From contig NOWV01000108.1 in assembly GCA_003344405.1 (NCBI GenBank), positions 186,001 through 250,000 on the forward strand: a stretch of DNA of 64,000 nucleotides, written 5' to 3'. How positions within the stretch are numbered: the first letter of the stretch is position 1; the number at the start of each line of letters is the position of its first letter. The position numbers and the translations under genes were made by a program. Of the stretch, positions 26,609 to 41,900 are shown piece after piece. Origin of the DNA: Trichoplax sp. H2 (lineage: Eukaryota). The notes beneath the pieces are model-generated. The model was not told the origin of the DNA. It saw only the letters and a program-made list of their open reading frames with translations, and did not search any database.

Positions 26609-27897
26609 GATCAATGAACATCAAGGTATGACGCAAGATTAAGGGTAAAAGTATCCGGTGGTAATGATACAAAACGCAAGAAAAAGATGATCAAAACAGA
26701 AACAGAAATTGAACAGCCATCTTCCTCTTACTTCGTCTCGAACTGTATAAGTACTGTAGGACGGCAATAGTAATATAATGTAGAGTACAGTATAAGGTGC
26801 AAAATGAACGTCATCCATTTATCTAGTGTTTACCTTAACTTCGCCTCTAGCGCTGTAGAAGATGAGATTTAGGCTGACTACTAATTTGAACAGAATAGCT
26901 CCAAGCTCCTCCGGCGACTTTGTCAACAGTAAAGTCCAATGGCGCAACTCAGAACAACAGCTCGATTAGCTATATAAGGGCTGCTAAAGAGCTTTTTAAT
27001 AAGTAAGACTCCTAGATGGAATTCTGAAGATATGCTACGGACTACGAGGACTTTTTTGAGGTCTTTATTTGATAAGTCCAACAAGGCTGTGCCAAAGTAT
27101 TTCATTTTACTAAGATTATCGACTGCTCAGGAATGAGCAAAGTTAAAAAGAAATGAATGACTAAAACTAGAGGTTACTTTCGACAAGAGCAGAAAGAAAT
27201 GTTTACTGTACTTGTATAGGAATTTGGGGAACCAACGGTAAAGTCTAGTAGAGAGGCTAATGACTGCATTGTCTAGTTCGAGGTAGATCTAATTTGGGTA
27301 TCAATTTTTAGGCTAAAATTGATTCACTATTATTCTTCAAAGGTAATATTAGCTGATGATCATGTCCATATTATCCATTATTCGATACGTTGTACATCAG
27401 CTTTTCACGGCATCAAATGATAGCAATCAATCAATAAAGAGCATTGGTAAAATTTGAACGGATCTGAATATTGGCCAATTTCGGCCTTTCGTTCATCATG
27501 ACAGTGGACAACCCTAATGATGACCACATATCATTATGGATAAATCTCGAAATAGAATACGTATAGTATACGAAGATAAGGCTATCCAAGTAGAACATCC
27601 ATGCAAAACTCTTTCATATTTTTACTGATCATTACGTATAATTTGCTGTCTGAATGAAATACAATATTCATGTTTTTACATCATTTTAGCCATTTGTATT
27701 GGAAGCTCGGGGTTTAATCTTAAGAAATGATTCCTGTTATTGATATCATCGAATACAATGGAAAATGCTGCTTCGAATAATATAACTTTCACCTTTATGA
27801 CCTACATTACGTCGTACTATCTATAAAAAATGAGATTTTTAGTCCTAACAAAATGAATGGAATTAATCAATGGCTACTGTACTGAAACATTTTTGTG

Positions 27898-29480
27898 TGG
27901 CTCCAACAACACTTGATATTAGTCCAATTGGTAATTGATATACGCGTCCGTAAATATACAGTAGGATTCTACTAGACATGACTGCCATCTATCTTGAATA
28001 GAATTTAGACGCAGCTACTTTAATAACAAATTGATCTTCTATTGTCTAATTCGTCTTTTATTTTCCTTACTGTCTATGATGCTATAAAGTGAAGAGAATC
28101 AATTAGCAAGATTTAAACATCATTTCTGCAGTAGTCCAACTTGGAGGACCGACTGAGAGACTATAAAGTAAGGGTTTAATATCCGGTTTGCTCCCTCTCG
28201 TCATCCTTAGCATAGGACATCAAGAACTCTCCTAGCCATTGCAACGTTTAGTTTACAGTAAATGCTGCGTAAAATGATTTTTAGTGGAGTGCATAGTGTC
28301 GATTGTACAAGCCAGTGTTAACCCTTCTACTGTCCAATTGGTCTTTTATTTTCCTCACTGTCTATGATACTATAAAGTGAAGAGAATCAATTAGCAAGAT
28401 TTAAACATCATTTCTGCAGTAGCCCAACTTGGGGGACCGACTGAGAGGCTATAAAGCAAGGGTTTAATATCCGGTTTGCACCCTCTCGTCATCCTTAGCA
28501 TAGGACATCAAGAACTCTCCTAGCCATTGCAACGTTTAGTTTACAGTAAATGCTGCGTAAAATGATTTTTAGTGGAGTGCATAGTGTCGATTGTACAAGC
28601 CAGTCTTGACCCTTACGAGTCCATAGCGTTGTACTTGGCCATATCGATTTCTTGGCCAGCTGGCAAATTGCTGTCGACAGAAACGCGCTGCCATAGAAAT
28701 CTCTCGACACGATGATCAGACTCTTTGCCCTTGTACCTACGTCCGATCTGTCCGTGTCCTAGATCCAAGACTTCAAGTACTGCCTGCAATCGTACTCACT
28801 CATTCTTCATACACATCATTGGGGGTGANNNNNNNNNNNNNNNNNNNNTGGCTCCAACAACACTTGATATTAGTCCAATTGGCAATTGATATACGCGTCC
28901 GTAAATATGCAGTAGGATTCTACTAGACATGATTGCCATCTATCTTGAATAGAATTTAGACGCAGCTACTTTAATAACAAATTGATCTTCTACTGTCCAA
29001 TTGGTCTTTTATTTTACTCACTGTCTATGATGCTATAAAGTGAAGAGAATCAATTAGCAAGATTTAGACATCATTTCTGCAGTAGTCCAACTTGGGGGAC
29101 CGACTGAGAGACTTTTATAATAAAGTAAGGGTTCAATATCCGGTTTGCTCCCTCTCGTCATCCTTAGCATAGGACATCAAGAACTCTCCTAGCCATTGCA
29201 ACGTTTAGTTTACAGTAAATGCTGCGTAAAATGATTTTTAGTGGAGTGCATAGTGTCGATTGTACAAGCCAGTCTTGACCCTTACGAGTCCATAGCGTTG
29301 TACTTGGCCAGCTGGCAAATTGCTGTCGACAGAAAAGCGCTGCCATAGAAATCTCTCGACACGATGATCAGACTCTTTGCCCTTGTACCTACGTCCGATC
29401 TGTCCGTGTCCTAGATCCAAGACTTCAAGTACTGCCTGCAATCGTACTCACTCATTCTTCATACACATCATTGGGGGTGA
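27898..29480. repeat. Near-identical duplication across an N gap, plus an internal 288-bp tandem duplication
   Basis: 27898-28828 is repeated at 28849-29480 on the other side of a 20-N gap; the left copy carries a 288-bp tandem duplication (same text at 28071 and 28359). Confidence 0.9.
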
Positions 29481-31481
29481 GGTGAGTACCAGGTCAGCCC
29501 TCGACTTCATCTACCTACTGGCATTTTTCACAGAAAATTTCACAGCACTTTTCCTGCTGGTTAGCCATTGCTGCTTTCAAGATGTCCTCCAATTTCCGTG
29601 CTCTAAAGTTAGGCCAGGATACTGTCAGTGAAAAAATACTCTATCGTTTAGAAATTGGTAAGTAATGAAGGTTTAGTTGAAGATCGTTGTTTGAATCGGT
29701 CAGTAAATTGAATGGTTATGGAGGTGGACAAGACGAGTGTTTTCGTCGATCAGCTGTGACTTCGTCATGCAGTGAAATGAAAATTTTTTTTGCAGTAACC
29801 TTTAGTCAATGATTGACAGTGATTAAGTGCTCTTTCCTTTTCAATATTACCTATAATCAGTGATATAGTTAAAGGATTGGATAGTCGATCAATTGAACAT
29901 ACTGGAGGTAGTAGTGTGGAGTAAAATAAACTAATGAATGGTGATGACAATTAGAATGATTACTGTTATGAGTAGTGTCTTCCATGGATGCTCGTCGTAA
30001 AGATAGCGTTTGAGTTTTTTTTCCACAATTTTCTAACCATTACATGTTGTATTGTCAGAGATATTGAACATACAAACCTTAATTAACGTCATTACTTTAG
30101 AATACTCTATTTCCATCTTGACAAAGACTTGCTACAATTGTACTCTTGCAGGAGTGCCAGTTAGGGAATGGCTGACTACTAGAAAGTACTCGCACTTCTT
30201 AGCATTACCAATCGTATGCAAATCAGATTGAGTGCTCCCTCTAGTGGAAAGTCTTTACGCTACAGACACTTCTGATTTCAATATGACTCTATGTAAGTTG
30301 GACAAGATTGCAATATTACCTGCATTACTCCTCTTACTTTGATACAGATGTAGTTTAAAATAGTGACAATGATTGCTCTGCATCGATCATGGTGCTGCGT
30401 GTTGTCTATTCCAGATGTTTTATTTAGTTAATATCAAATAAAGGCTAATTTTGCAAAATTTTGCGGTATCGTAGCAGGTACCTTCGCTACGAGATTCTTA
30501 TTGCATGAAACAGGTGCATAGTACTTGCTGTGCTTTGGTTTCAATAATGTTTAAACACGAACAAGTTTGTTTTCATTTATTAATTTACTTACGGCGTATA
30601 TTAAATAAAGCTGATAGTGATCATACATCCAAGATTTGTCAACTAGGATACATAAAATATCTCTACAGTATACGAGTGCTAGCCTTGCTGTGTTATATCA
30701 GAAAAGAATTACTGACTGTAATCTGTGGTGGACGATAATTTCAGTAGGCGAATGTTTTATATGGAATTACATAAGAACATTTTCATCGATCAATTTTTGA
30801 ATTTTTTTTATAGATAATTTCGATCTGTTTATAATATTTACCGATTAAAATAGAATCTACAGTATACGTTAATAAATAATGATAATATTACTGTAAGCAA
30901 AAAAGAACGTACAGTACTTCATTTTAGATAGATAGGATGAATGGAAGCCTTTATAAGCTTAGAAGTGCCAGGTGTTTATTGTGATACCTTCCTACAATAA
31001 CGGACTGAAAGTAATAAATGATAAATACTCTTGTTCATCAAATGAGAATGCAACGAGAATTTTCTTGCCGTATCAGGCTCTTTTTCTTTCACATATTTAA
31101 GAATGATAAATTAGAACTAAAGCGAACGTGCAAATAAGGTATTTTGTACCAACATGCGGTACTTGCACCCTTTATAAATATCTCCTTAGCAAAGTCCATT
31201 CGATATTGGCAAGGCTACTTTTCCTTTCATTACATTCCTTGGGTGATATTTGCAAAGCGCAATAAAAACACAACACTAATCGAAGTTTCTTTAAATAATT
31301 AGCGCGAGTATTCGTTGATATTCAAGATTCTATATTCTGTATTGTTGATTTATTACTAATACATAATATACAATAATGGAACGAATTTTTTATTAATAGA
31401 TCGAAGACATACCACATAATGCAGGTTGATAGTGTAATACTATAGAGTATACATCGATCATTGTACTACCTGCATCAGCAG

Positions 31482-31733
31482 GGATTAAATGTTTCTATGA
31501 GTGTAAAGCCAGCCCATATATCCCATTTTTAATTAGTATATATGTAACAGTAATAAATAGATAGTGGATTAAATGTTTCTATGAGCGTAAAGCCAGCCCA
31601 TATATCCCATTTTTAATTAGTATATATGTAACAGTAATAAATAGATAGTGGATTAAATGTTTCTATGAGTGTAAAGCCAGCCCATGTATCCCATTTTTAA
31701 TTAGTATATATGTAACAGTAATAAATAGATAGT
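31482..31733. repeat. Minisatellite, 84 bp x 3
   Basis: Unit 'ggattaaatgtttctatgagtgtaaagccagcccatatatccc...atagatagt' at 31482, 31566 and 31650. Confidence 0.95.
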
Positions 31734-32911
31734 GATGTTTCATAGAAATTTGACAATGTATGAAATAATCCATTGAATTAGGGCTACAATAGCAATATTA
31801 AACTATTCCCACATCAATATGATTGGGATATTAATGTTTATTTCCACAGTATTTACTATTTATATTTGTAATCTATATTATATAAAGCTCGATTCTACCC
31901 AAAATAATAATTATGATTGTATCTTAGATAGATTACGATCAAGACTAAATAGAAGTGATATTGTAAATTAGATTAAACGTTAATAATGCCTGAGTGATTT
32001 TATATATATTTTATACTTGCTTGGTGTAGTATAGTAGACTATACCTTATTCTATTCCACTACCATACCTCACAATATAGTTAGGCCAAGCTACATTATAA
32101 GATAAAATCTCCTTTACTACAGTTTATTACTAACAGAAGGTTTACATAAGCTAGTTATAACAGGAAAACAGTACCTCGGTACTTACTACGGCTCACTACG
32201 CTTGGCTTTACTACAGAGTATCCAATTTTACTTTTATCAAGGCATAAACTATAGTTTCCATTTTACCCTTAAAGTTAGTACAATCTTGGACGCAAGTTAT
32301 TTTATTAATTGATTTTCTTCCTTCGTTAGATATACGATAGTTCATGTTGGCCTATAGCGAAAGCTACAATTTTAAGTCTATTTTTTCATAATTAATAACA
32401 TAACGGACTTTATGGGCATTAAATAATTCCCTAAAGTTCATGTATCATAGCTCGAATAAGGATTATATATATATATAATGATATAAATTTCTATTGTACT
32501 GTTAAGAGGTTATGACATATATAACATAGTTCGTGAGATATTTTATAGAATAAATAGGCATTTTCTTTTAATATTTGGAAAAGGTTAATTTTTTAAGTTC
32601 ATTATTTGCATTGTTAAATATGTAATCAATAACTCTATTTATTCTCAAAGGTACTTATACGTTTTGTATTCTTATTATCTTCAATTCCTTTCTGCGTGCT
32701 ATACGTGTAATGGTTGTGGTTGTAGTTGTTGGTAGTTATTATCTGAAACTATAGTATTTAAAAATTATGATTACATTTCACAATAGTTATCATTCTCAGA
32801 ATTTTTTAAGCTATCAAATTAAAATGATACAATAGATATCATAAATAGCATTTTAGTGGTTAAATAGTTACTAATTTTTATGATTTCTATATTTATTATG
32901 TATAAATGTAG

Positions 32912-35900
32912 GCAGTACTGTTCAGTTTTTACTTGGTTATCAATTGAAAAAAACAACTGCACGTATTCGCTTATTCTGTAATTATCCTCCAAATCATGAA
33001 AGCGGCGATTTTGATCGATCACATTATCATGAATTGCAATGGCATCAACAGGGCAATCATGAAAAATATTGCCAATTATCACTAAAAACGCCAGGTGCTT
33101 TTCAATTCTATTATCAAATTGAAGATAGCGAATCGATAAGGTAAGCATTATATCTTTCATACACGTACAATAATTTCTGATATTGCCATACATTATTTGC
33201 TATTTCATTAAAAAATTATCGTAATTTGTTTGCGTACGTGCCTACAAATGAATGCAGGTGTAAAAATCTTGCTTTACTGTCTCAATATTCATGTACGAGC
33301 GTATTGTATTTTATTCTGTCAGTATAATTTAATATTTAACACTTTGGCTTATAGTATTACCCACTATTGTTAAGTCATTTACATAGCGTTCACTGGTAAA
33401 TTCAGTCTGTTTGACATTTGAAGTGTAAGATATGTAATTATTCTATACCTACAAATAAATGGTTGTAATGCACTGGTACAATATATAGTAATACTGTAGC
33501 AGAAGTTCTTTTCAAATAGGAAATAGGATATTATCAAGGTAGACTAGTGACCTTAGATATTATCATTAAGGATGAACATATAATAAATAAGAATGATTTC
33601 TTTGTTTACGTGCACCTTTGGTTACAATTTCCACGATATCAGTTTCATAGCTTTATCAACCAGTTTTGCATTGTACAGTACTATCCATCCGCTTATCAAA
33701 ATATCTTATTGCCTTCTTCGTCAGGATGGCATTGAGCTATTATTGTAAATAGATTAATTAACGGTTAGGAGTAGAAATATGTAATGTCAATAATTCTTAA
33801 AATATTTATCCGTCCGTAAGTAATTGACCCTTAGTACAACATGTAGTACGTATCGTATACATCATCCGATTTTGCTTAATAGCGATCAAAAGATGTTATA
33901 AAATGATATAAAAACATTACTTGATGATACTATCCATTAGTTTATTTGCTTTATACTTGCCATTAAATTTTGTTGGCAAGTGCGGTCTAGATGTCGACAG
34001 AACTTATAAAAATTTTTTCATTTCTGGTATTGCTTGGAATACACCAAGTTTAAATTGGCAATCACATTAGATGAATTTACCATTTACCGTACCGTTCCAT
34101 GCAGATGGAAAAATGCTATTTCAGCAAAGCTAATTATATTTGTGCGATTCAATAAACTCACGATACAACAGCTATCGTCAATACAATGCAATAGCTTTCT
34201 ACGGCTCAGTATGATTTAGCTGTAATATTCATATTGGCTTATGTTACATCGGCGTAATGAAACTGTTTTACTAGATTGACATTCAGCTCATCAAGTAAAA
34301 TACATAAAGCATACGGAAAATATATAAAAATAATATCGGAATGACAGTCATAGTATAGCTAGTACAGTAAAATATTCGCCTGACAGTAGGTATCAAGATA
34401 CTGATATATTTATAAATCCATCTTAGTCGATTATAATATATACAATTATTACATACGGTATTGTTAGCATGTGATTAATTATTCTGATTACTCGATATGT
34501 TATATTGGATGTACGGACAGTTAAGGAGAATTACTTTATGCGATCATAACTTTTATCGTGATTCCATGAATGCTTTGTTTCAAATCTTTACTCGCGAGTA
34601 ATACCGTTATTGTATATACAATTATGAATACAGCACTTGTAAACTTTATTCGATAGAGCTCCCTGCAATGCCTTGCATTAAATTAAAAAAAAATTATAAG
34701 ATTTAATTATTCATGGGACAGTCATCTACTGTCAAGGTCATTATTTCCAGTGAAGCATCGAAATGGCTTGTAAATTGAAATTTAGAGCTAATGCACATAC
34801 TTGTATGTTATAATTAACCAGATTAACAGCAAACGTTCAATATATGTAAAAGTAACTACAACGTTACATTACAGCGACTACAATTTGCTGAAAATACACC
34901 GCTTCAATATGCTGTAAAAATGTTTCATTATAAAAAGAATAGACAATGTGATAATGTATTCATAAAAACTAATACATTAATGGCTCGTTTATTCGCTGCT
35001 AATTAGCCATATATTACGTGAGTTTAAGAAACTATAATTTATTATGACAGGACAGCAGATAAATTCGTATTTAAGTCAGTAAATTTTATGTCTGCAGATA
35101 TAATCAGAGTAGTTATTTAGTGTTATTATTATTATTGATTTTACCGTGGTACTATATAATTTAAAGTATTAGAAAATGAAATGGTGCCGATAAATGCATA
35201 GTGCTTCTATTTTGAAAATGTTGTAATATTCCTTTATTATAATATTACTCTGTACGAGTATTTTAAATGCATTAACGGAACTAAATTACATAAATTGTGG
35301 CTTCGTATCGCTACATTAATATTAGCATTGAATAAATGTATTTTTCGATCTTTGAAAGTTGCTTTTAATAAAATACTTAGACATTGATACGGAATGATTG
35401 ATAGTAATAATTTACTTTATTTATTATTTTTGAATAATGCAGCAATAATGAAAAGTGTAAAGGATTTTTGGTTGTCGATCCTACTGTAATTGTCGCTGGT
35501 AAAGAATTACCGTTAGAGGCAATATGCAGCCAAACGGTACTAACTAAGTGCTTGGGACCACTCTCTGGATGGTTGGGACGGTTGCAAGTAGCTAAGGAAT
35601 GCTACTATAATGCTCTCCATTTTACTCCTTTACAAGAACTTGGTGCTTCTAAATCTTGTTATTCTTTGTATGATCAGCTGATGCCAAATTCGTTATTTAG
35701 TGACCAAGACATTGTAGATGTTGGCTTCGATGATATCCAGAGTAAGTACGCGTGTCGTCCATTCTCGATATTTGATCAATTTATCAGTTACCTGACTTAT
35801 TGATAAGATTATTGTATGTTAAACTGCTTGATGATTTGATTACGGTATAGAGGTCTTTAGAAAAATTGAAACTGAATGGGGAATGATGACGATTACCGAT

Positions 35901-38900
35901 GTTGTTTGGAATCATACATCATATGATACACCTTGGCTGAAGGAACATCCGGAAGCAACTTATAATTTAGTCAATTCTCCTCATCTTAGACCAGCTTTCT
36001 TGATCGATAGGGCTCTTTATCGACTAAGTTTGGATATCGTACGAGGAAAATGGCAATTTTGGGGATTAACTGATAATATTAAAAGCGATCGAGATTTAGA
36101 TATTATAGCTACAATTTTGCGTCAGTGCATATTACCGGAAATTAATCTGTATGAATTCTTTGCCGTTGATATAAACAAGGTGATAAATTGCTAGTTTTTT
36201 TAAGTAATACTTTTATAATTAAATTTGTATGCTCACGATGGTTTAATTTTGTATTCCAATGTAGATTATTTCGAATTTTCGAAAGGAATGCGAAAAAGTG
36301 GCATGTCCGGATATTTATTATGACAACGTTGCGAAAGAATTACAAGTCATTCAGGACCCAGAATACAAACGTTTTGGTAGTACCATAGATATGCAGGAAA
36401 TTTTAAAGTTTTTTAACGCAAAAAGGTAACTTTTGACATAAACTGTATTTCGGCATGTTAATGTACCCTTAATGTTACTGAAGATTTAAAGACCTTAAGC
36501 TCCTGGCTAATTACTGTAATGATCATAAATATAACGAATATAGATATTTTGTATAAATGCTACAATGTAATACTATAATTTATTACTTTATACCTGTATA
36601 TTCTTGTTAATGATTACTTTTTCATTATGGTAGGATTGACGCTCTCGATGAAGAGGAAAGGATATCATGCAACTGTGAATGGCTTAGAATTGCATTGCAA
36701 GACATAAATAAACAAGCTAAAGAAAAAGCTGATGGAATTATTGAAAATGTAGTTCGAAGTGTAAGTGATAACGCCCGATATGAAAGAATTGATGAAAATG
36801 GACCCAAACACGCTAGTATTACAGATGAATGTCCTTTGGTGCCGAGGTACAGTTCCGTAAATTTCCTATTCTCTTTAGTCAACAGGTAATGCAGCAGTAA
36901 TAGCTTTAGGCTTACATTCAGGTTTATATTGTAGATATTTTCATTGTCCATATGAAATCAAGAGTTTAGAGGAAGAGGAAGATGTTATGAATAATCCAGA
37001 GTTGGCTTGTCATATCGCAGCTCTTAATGGTTGGGTGTTTAATGATGACCCGTTGAAAAACTTTGCTGAACCAGATTCGGAAGTATATCTGAGGAGATTT
37101 CTTATATGTTGGGGTGATAGTTGTAAGTTGCGTTATGGCAAAAAGCCTGAAGATTCGCCGTTTCTTTGGGATTACATGCGTCGATATTCTGAATTGATGG
37201 CAAAGTATGATCTTAAAACTATAATCCTATAATTAAAATATTCAGCGTATATATGCTTTACTTGTATATTTGTATTACTTAAAAAGTGTATTGTTATACT
37301 ATAATGTAAAGTGTGCAAAGTAATAGAAAAAGTTGATAATTTGTACTCAATCATCCATTACTTAAATTCGAGTTTAGATTATGCCATGGTTTACGGATCG
37401 ATAATTGCCACAGTACTCCTATTCATGTAGCTCAGGTAAGCTTCATTTTGCTTGCTTTTGTGATATTGTATTACTCTTGAATTGTGATAGCGTAAATATA
37501 TCACACTTCTACAAAAGGGTAATGATAGTATTAGGATTTTTTAGTGCGTGCATGGAATGTTTTGCTACAATGGATATGGAATCAATTATTTACTAAATAT
37601 GTGCTTTAAATTAAATAAAGGTTGGGCGCCTGTGATTTGAAATTAGTTTTATATTGTAACAATTGTTATCTTATATATAGTATTTATTAGATGCTGCTCG
37701 AAAGGTTCGGCCGCAATTGTTTATTGTTGCAGAACTTTTTACGAACTCTGAAGATATCGATAACGTGTTTGTTAACAATCTCGGCATTACTTGCCTGATA
37801 AGAGGTAACTACAGTATATACATTAAAGTTGCACGTATATGGTGTGACTACTATACTTTGTTTTATAAATATTCTCAAATAGATATTTCATGTTGTATAA
37901 TAATTGTATTAAAATATATCTAAAACATTGTGGTTTACTACGATTCTTATTTATTACCGTATACGCATATGTGAAAGAATTGAGCTTAATATTTAAAACT
38001 TTGATTTATTAGAAATGCTAAATGCTCCTAATTCCCATGAAGAAGGAAGATTAGTTTATAAATACGGAGGAAATCCAATTGGATCCTTCTCTAAATCAGC
38101 ATATACCCCACTAACACGGTGTACGACTCCTGCAATACTTACTGTCGTAACGCATGATAATCAATGTCTCCTAAAGGTTGGACAATTATCTTTCATGGAA
38201 CGCTAGCAATAATAATAAATTACAACTATGAATGGATAGATAACGAACAACTAATTTAAGTTGATTTTATATCGTCTATTTTATAATCTATTCGTTTTTG
38301 ATAAATTTTGTAATTAATCTTTACGGAACTGTCATGTTTTAACTGATATTTCCATAGGTTCGCTCTATTTGGGACTGTCTGCCAACTGTAGCTCTGACTG
38401 CAATGGCTAGTTGCTCTTTCGGCTCGACACGGGGTTTTGATGAATTGGTTCCAATTCAGGTATTGTTAATGAGAACTCTAAACTAGTTTATACTAGTATA
38501 AATGTTCTTGTAAATAGAAAGATTTTATATCAACTTTCGAACATCATTAATTGAAGTTCCTAAATAAATCTACTTATCAGTGTATATGCAATATATCTGT
38601 AATAGGAAGACATCTTATATATAGATGATTTATAACAATTTAGATATCAGTGGTATCTGAAGACCGCTTTTACACAACTTGGACGGAGGGTAAAATTCAA
38701 CCTAGTGATAAACATGGCTTAGTAGGTAAAACACAAGGCATTATTCAAGCGGTGGGCAGTCTTAATAGACTACATTGCTCCATGGGTTATGGGCATTTTA
38801 ATGAGGTATAGCTAGCTATTAGCATTCTATTTATAGATCTTTACTTCATCTATGCTTTATTTCATGATACAGGTTTATGTGGATCAAATGGATCAAGATA

Positions 38901-41900
38901 CGGTAGCTGTAACTAGATTCTGCTCTGAAATGAATCAGTCGATTATACTGGTTGCACGCTCTTGCTTTAGTGAACCGAAGATTACTGATGTTCCCATGCT
39001 GTATAATCCTGCCCAGGGGACTGGCTCTCTGAAACCAGTATTTATTGAAGGTAGATTTCAAATATGGTTACTTTCTTGGGTAGATAATGGTGATCGCCAT
39101 TAGATTGCTGTTGTTTTGGTGATAGTATTTTCTGAGTTTAACACATTGGCATAGTGTAACTATTAATATACTACAATGTACTAGCAGTATTTAATTGCTT
39201 AATACCAATACTATGATACTGATGACAATAGGGCAGATACTAGAGGTTATCGTGGAAGCTAGACTTTTAGTTCGTGATAATCCAATGGAATATGTAAACT
39301 CTCCAGAATTTATAACCGGATGGTGGCAATCTCATATACTTGATATGAGAGAAAATATCAAGTATCAAGATTCACAAATGATTAGTGTACAAAGGCATAA
39401 TCATACCAAACAAGAGGTTAACTTTGTTAGCTTTCCTCCTGGTAGTGTTGTAGCTTTGCGGTAAGGAATTAAGCATTGCTTAGTTGTTATTTCGTGTTAG
39501 TATGTTACACAGATAGTTTTTAGGTGGTGAATGTTATACTTATCGACTAAGAGATATCGGATGTGCATTTTTTGTAGAGTCCAAATGGAATCTTCGTCAT
39601 ATGATGCTATTTCTGTTATAAAAGAGTGCCTTGCTGGCTTAAGAAATCATAATAAAAATACACAACTAGATAGTGTATTATTTTTTTCGGTTATTGAGAA
39701 ACTGAGCTTAGTTGAACTTAACTATGTGTTATACCGATGTAACTCTGAAGAAAAAGATGATAATACTGGAAGTAGTACCTATGTAGTGCCAGATTTTGGT
39801 GAACTCGTTTACTGCGGTTTACAAGGTATTTATTACTTTTGTCAACTGATTTTAGTTGTACCCTTTCTGGAGCGTATTTTAATTTCATCCCCTGATATCT
39901 GTGGCATATTGTAGGTTTCGTATCTGTACTTGATAAAATTCGGCAGAATAATGATCTTGGTCATTCATTATGCAAAAATCTTCGTGAAGGCCCTTGGATG
40001 ATGGATTATATCAGTAATAGATTGAAAGCAAAGCCGTCAACATGGGAAGTTAGTTTAATTTGAAAAGTTTAAGTTAGACATATCATATTATTATAGTGTA
40101 TTAAGATGATAGCGGCGGAGATTACTCTGTAAATATAGTATTGAATCTTAAAACTTTTAATTATTCCTGACAGCTAGGACATTGGTTTCAATTGATATTT
40201 AAGTATTTAAAAGTAATCCCTACATATTTACGTCCGAAGTTCTTCGATGATATACTGAAAACGGTTAGCGAATTGCTTTTAGAGGCCTGTTGGAGTAAAA
40301 TGTCCGGGTAATAAATAAATCTCATTTGCTTAAAAACTTTCTTTGTATCAAGACTACTGTGATTACTATGCGTGGTAAGCGTGATGATAACTTTTGTAAG
40401 TCGTTCTTGATATTGTTGATTGACTTTACAGCTTTATCAGAAATGGTACGGTATTTGTGCGTGCTTTGGCTTTGAGTTCAGTTCAGCTAGTTGGTGAATG
40501 CAAATCTGCTGCATTACCATCTGTTATTAAGGACCCGTATATTACCAAAAAGCAAATTAATTTTAAATTGCAGCTACCTAGCATGGCTGCTGGTTTACCA
40601 CACTTCAGTACTGGATCAATGAGATGTTGGGGACGGGATACGTTTATTGCCTTGCGCGGTTTAATGCTGACTACTGGTAGATATGAAGAGGCCAGGTATA
40701 ATATACATTGGTGTAATTGATATTATTGAAGTTTATTGAAAAGTCGTTTATTACTGATTTTTTACATGAAATGTATCATGATTAGGGATATAATTTTTGC
40801 TTTTGGTGGATGCTTACGACATGGATTAATACCGAATTTATTGGATAAAGGCATAAATGCTCGATATAACTGCCGAGATGCTACATGGTGGTGGTTACAA
40901 TGTATTCAGGATTATTGTACATTTGTTCATAATGGCCATATGATATTACAATATCCAGTCGCTCGGATGTATCCATCCGATGATGATGAACCAAAAATAA
41001 AGGGTGAAGTCGTAAGTTTCTATTTTGTTATTGCTACATTTTTACAAGCTTTATTCTTATAAATTTATCGCAATGCTACCTATTGCCGTGGTAGACACAA
41101 CCATTATGCGATATTATGCAAGAAGCGATGCAAAGACATATAAATGGGGTTACTTTTCGTGAACGCGGGGCAGGTCCAATGTTAGATCGGCATATGAAAG
41201 ATAAAGGTTTTGATGTATCATTTGGCGTTAACAGAACTACTGGATTTGTTTACGGTGGCAGCGAGCATAACTGTGGGACTTGGATGGATAAGATGGGTGA
41301 ATCAGTTGCAGCTGGTAATTGTGGTATTCCTGCGACGCCTAGGCATGTATTACTGTGGTGTATATGTTTTAAATTAGGAAAGTATTAAGTGCTAATTATT
41401 CGTTTAGGGATGGATCAGCCGTCGAAATTATTGGGTTATGTAAGTCTACGGTAAGATGGTTGGCAAAGCTATATAGGAAGGGATTATATCCTTATCAAGG
41501 AGTAAAAGATCCGTTAAAATGTGAGCTTAAATTATGTTGTCATTAGCACTGGAGGGAACTATCAGGTAGTAATTCATATTCTATAAATTTTGTAGTAAAA
41601 GAAAGGATCTTTACTTACGAAGATTGGGATTCTCTTCTCTTGGAAACTTTTGAAAAGTACTTCTGGATAGATAAAGAGTTGAAACCGACTGATAGTCCTT
41701 TAGTTCATAGAAGAGGAATATACAAGGATTGTCTTGGAGCAACTCATCAGTTTACCGACTTTCAACTTCGACCTAATCAGTGTATAGCAATGGTTGTGGT
41801 AGGTTATCATGGCTAAAAGTTGAATAACTCCTTAGTTTGGTATAAAACATTTGATTAATCATTACTAACATCATATAGGCTCCAGAATTATTTCAACCTG

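Noticed and set aside
29238..29441. Short ORF with an LRR-like phrase (LEVLDLGHGQIG)
   Set aside because: Single motif, and the frame differs between the duplicated copies because of the 17-bp indel.
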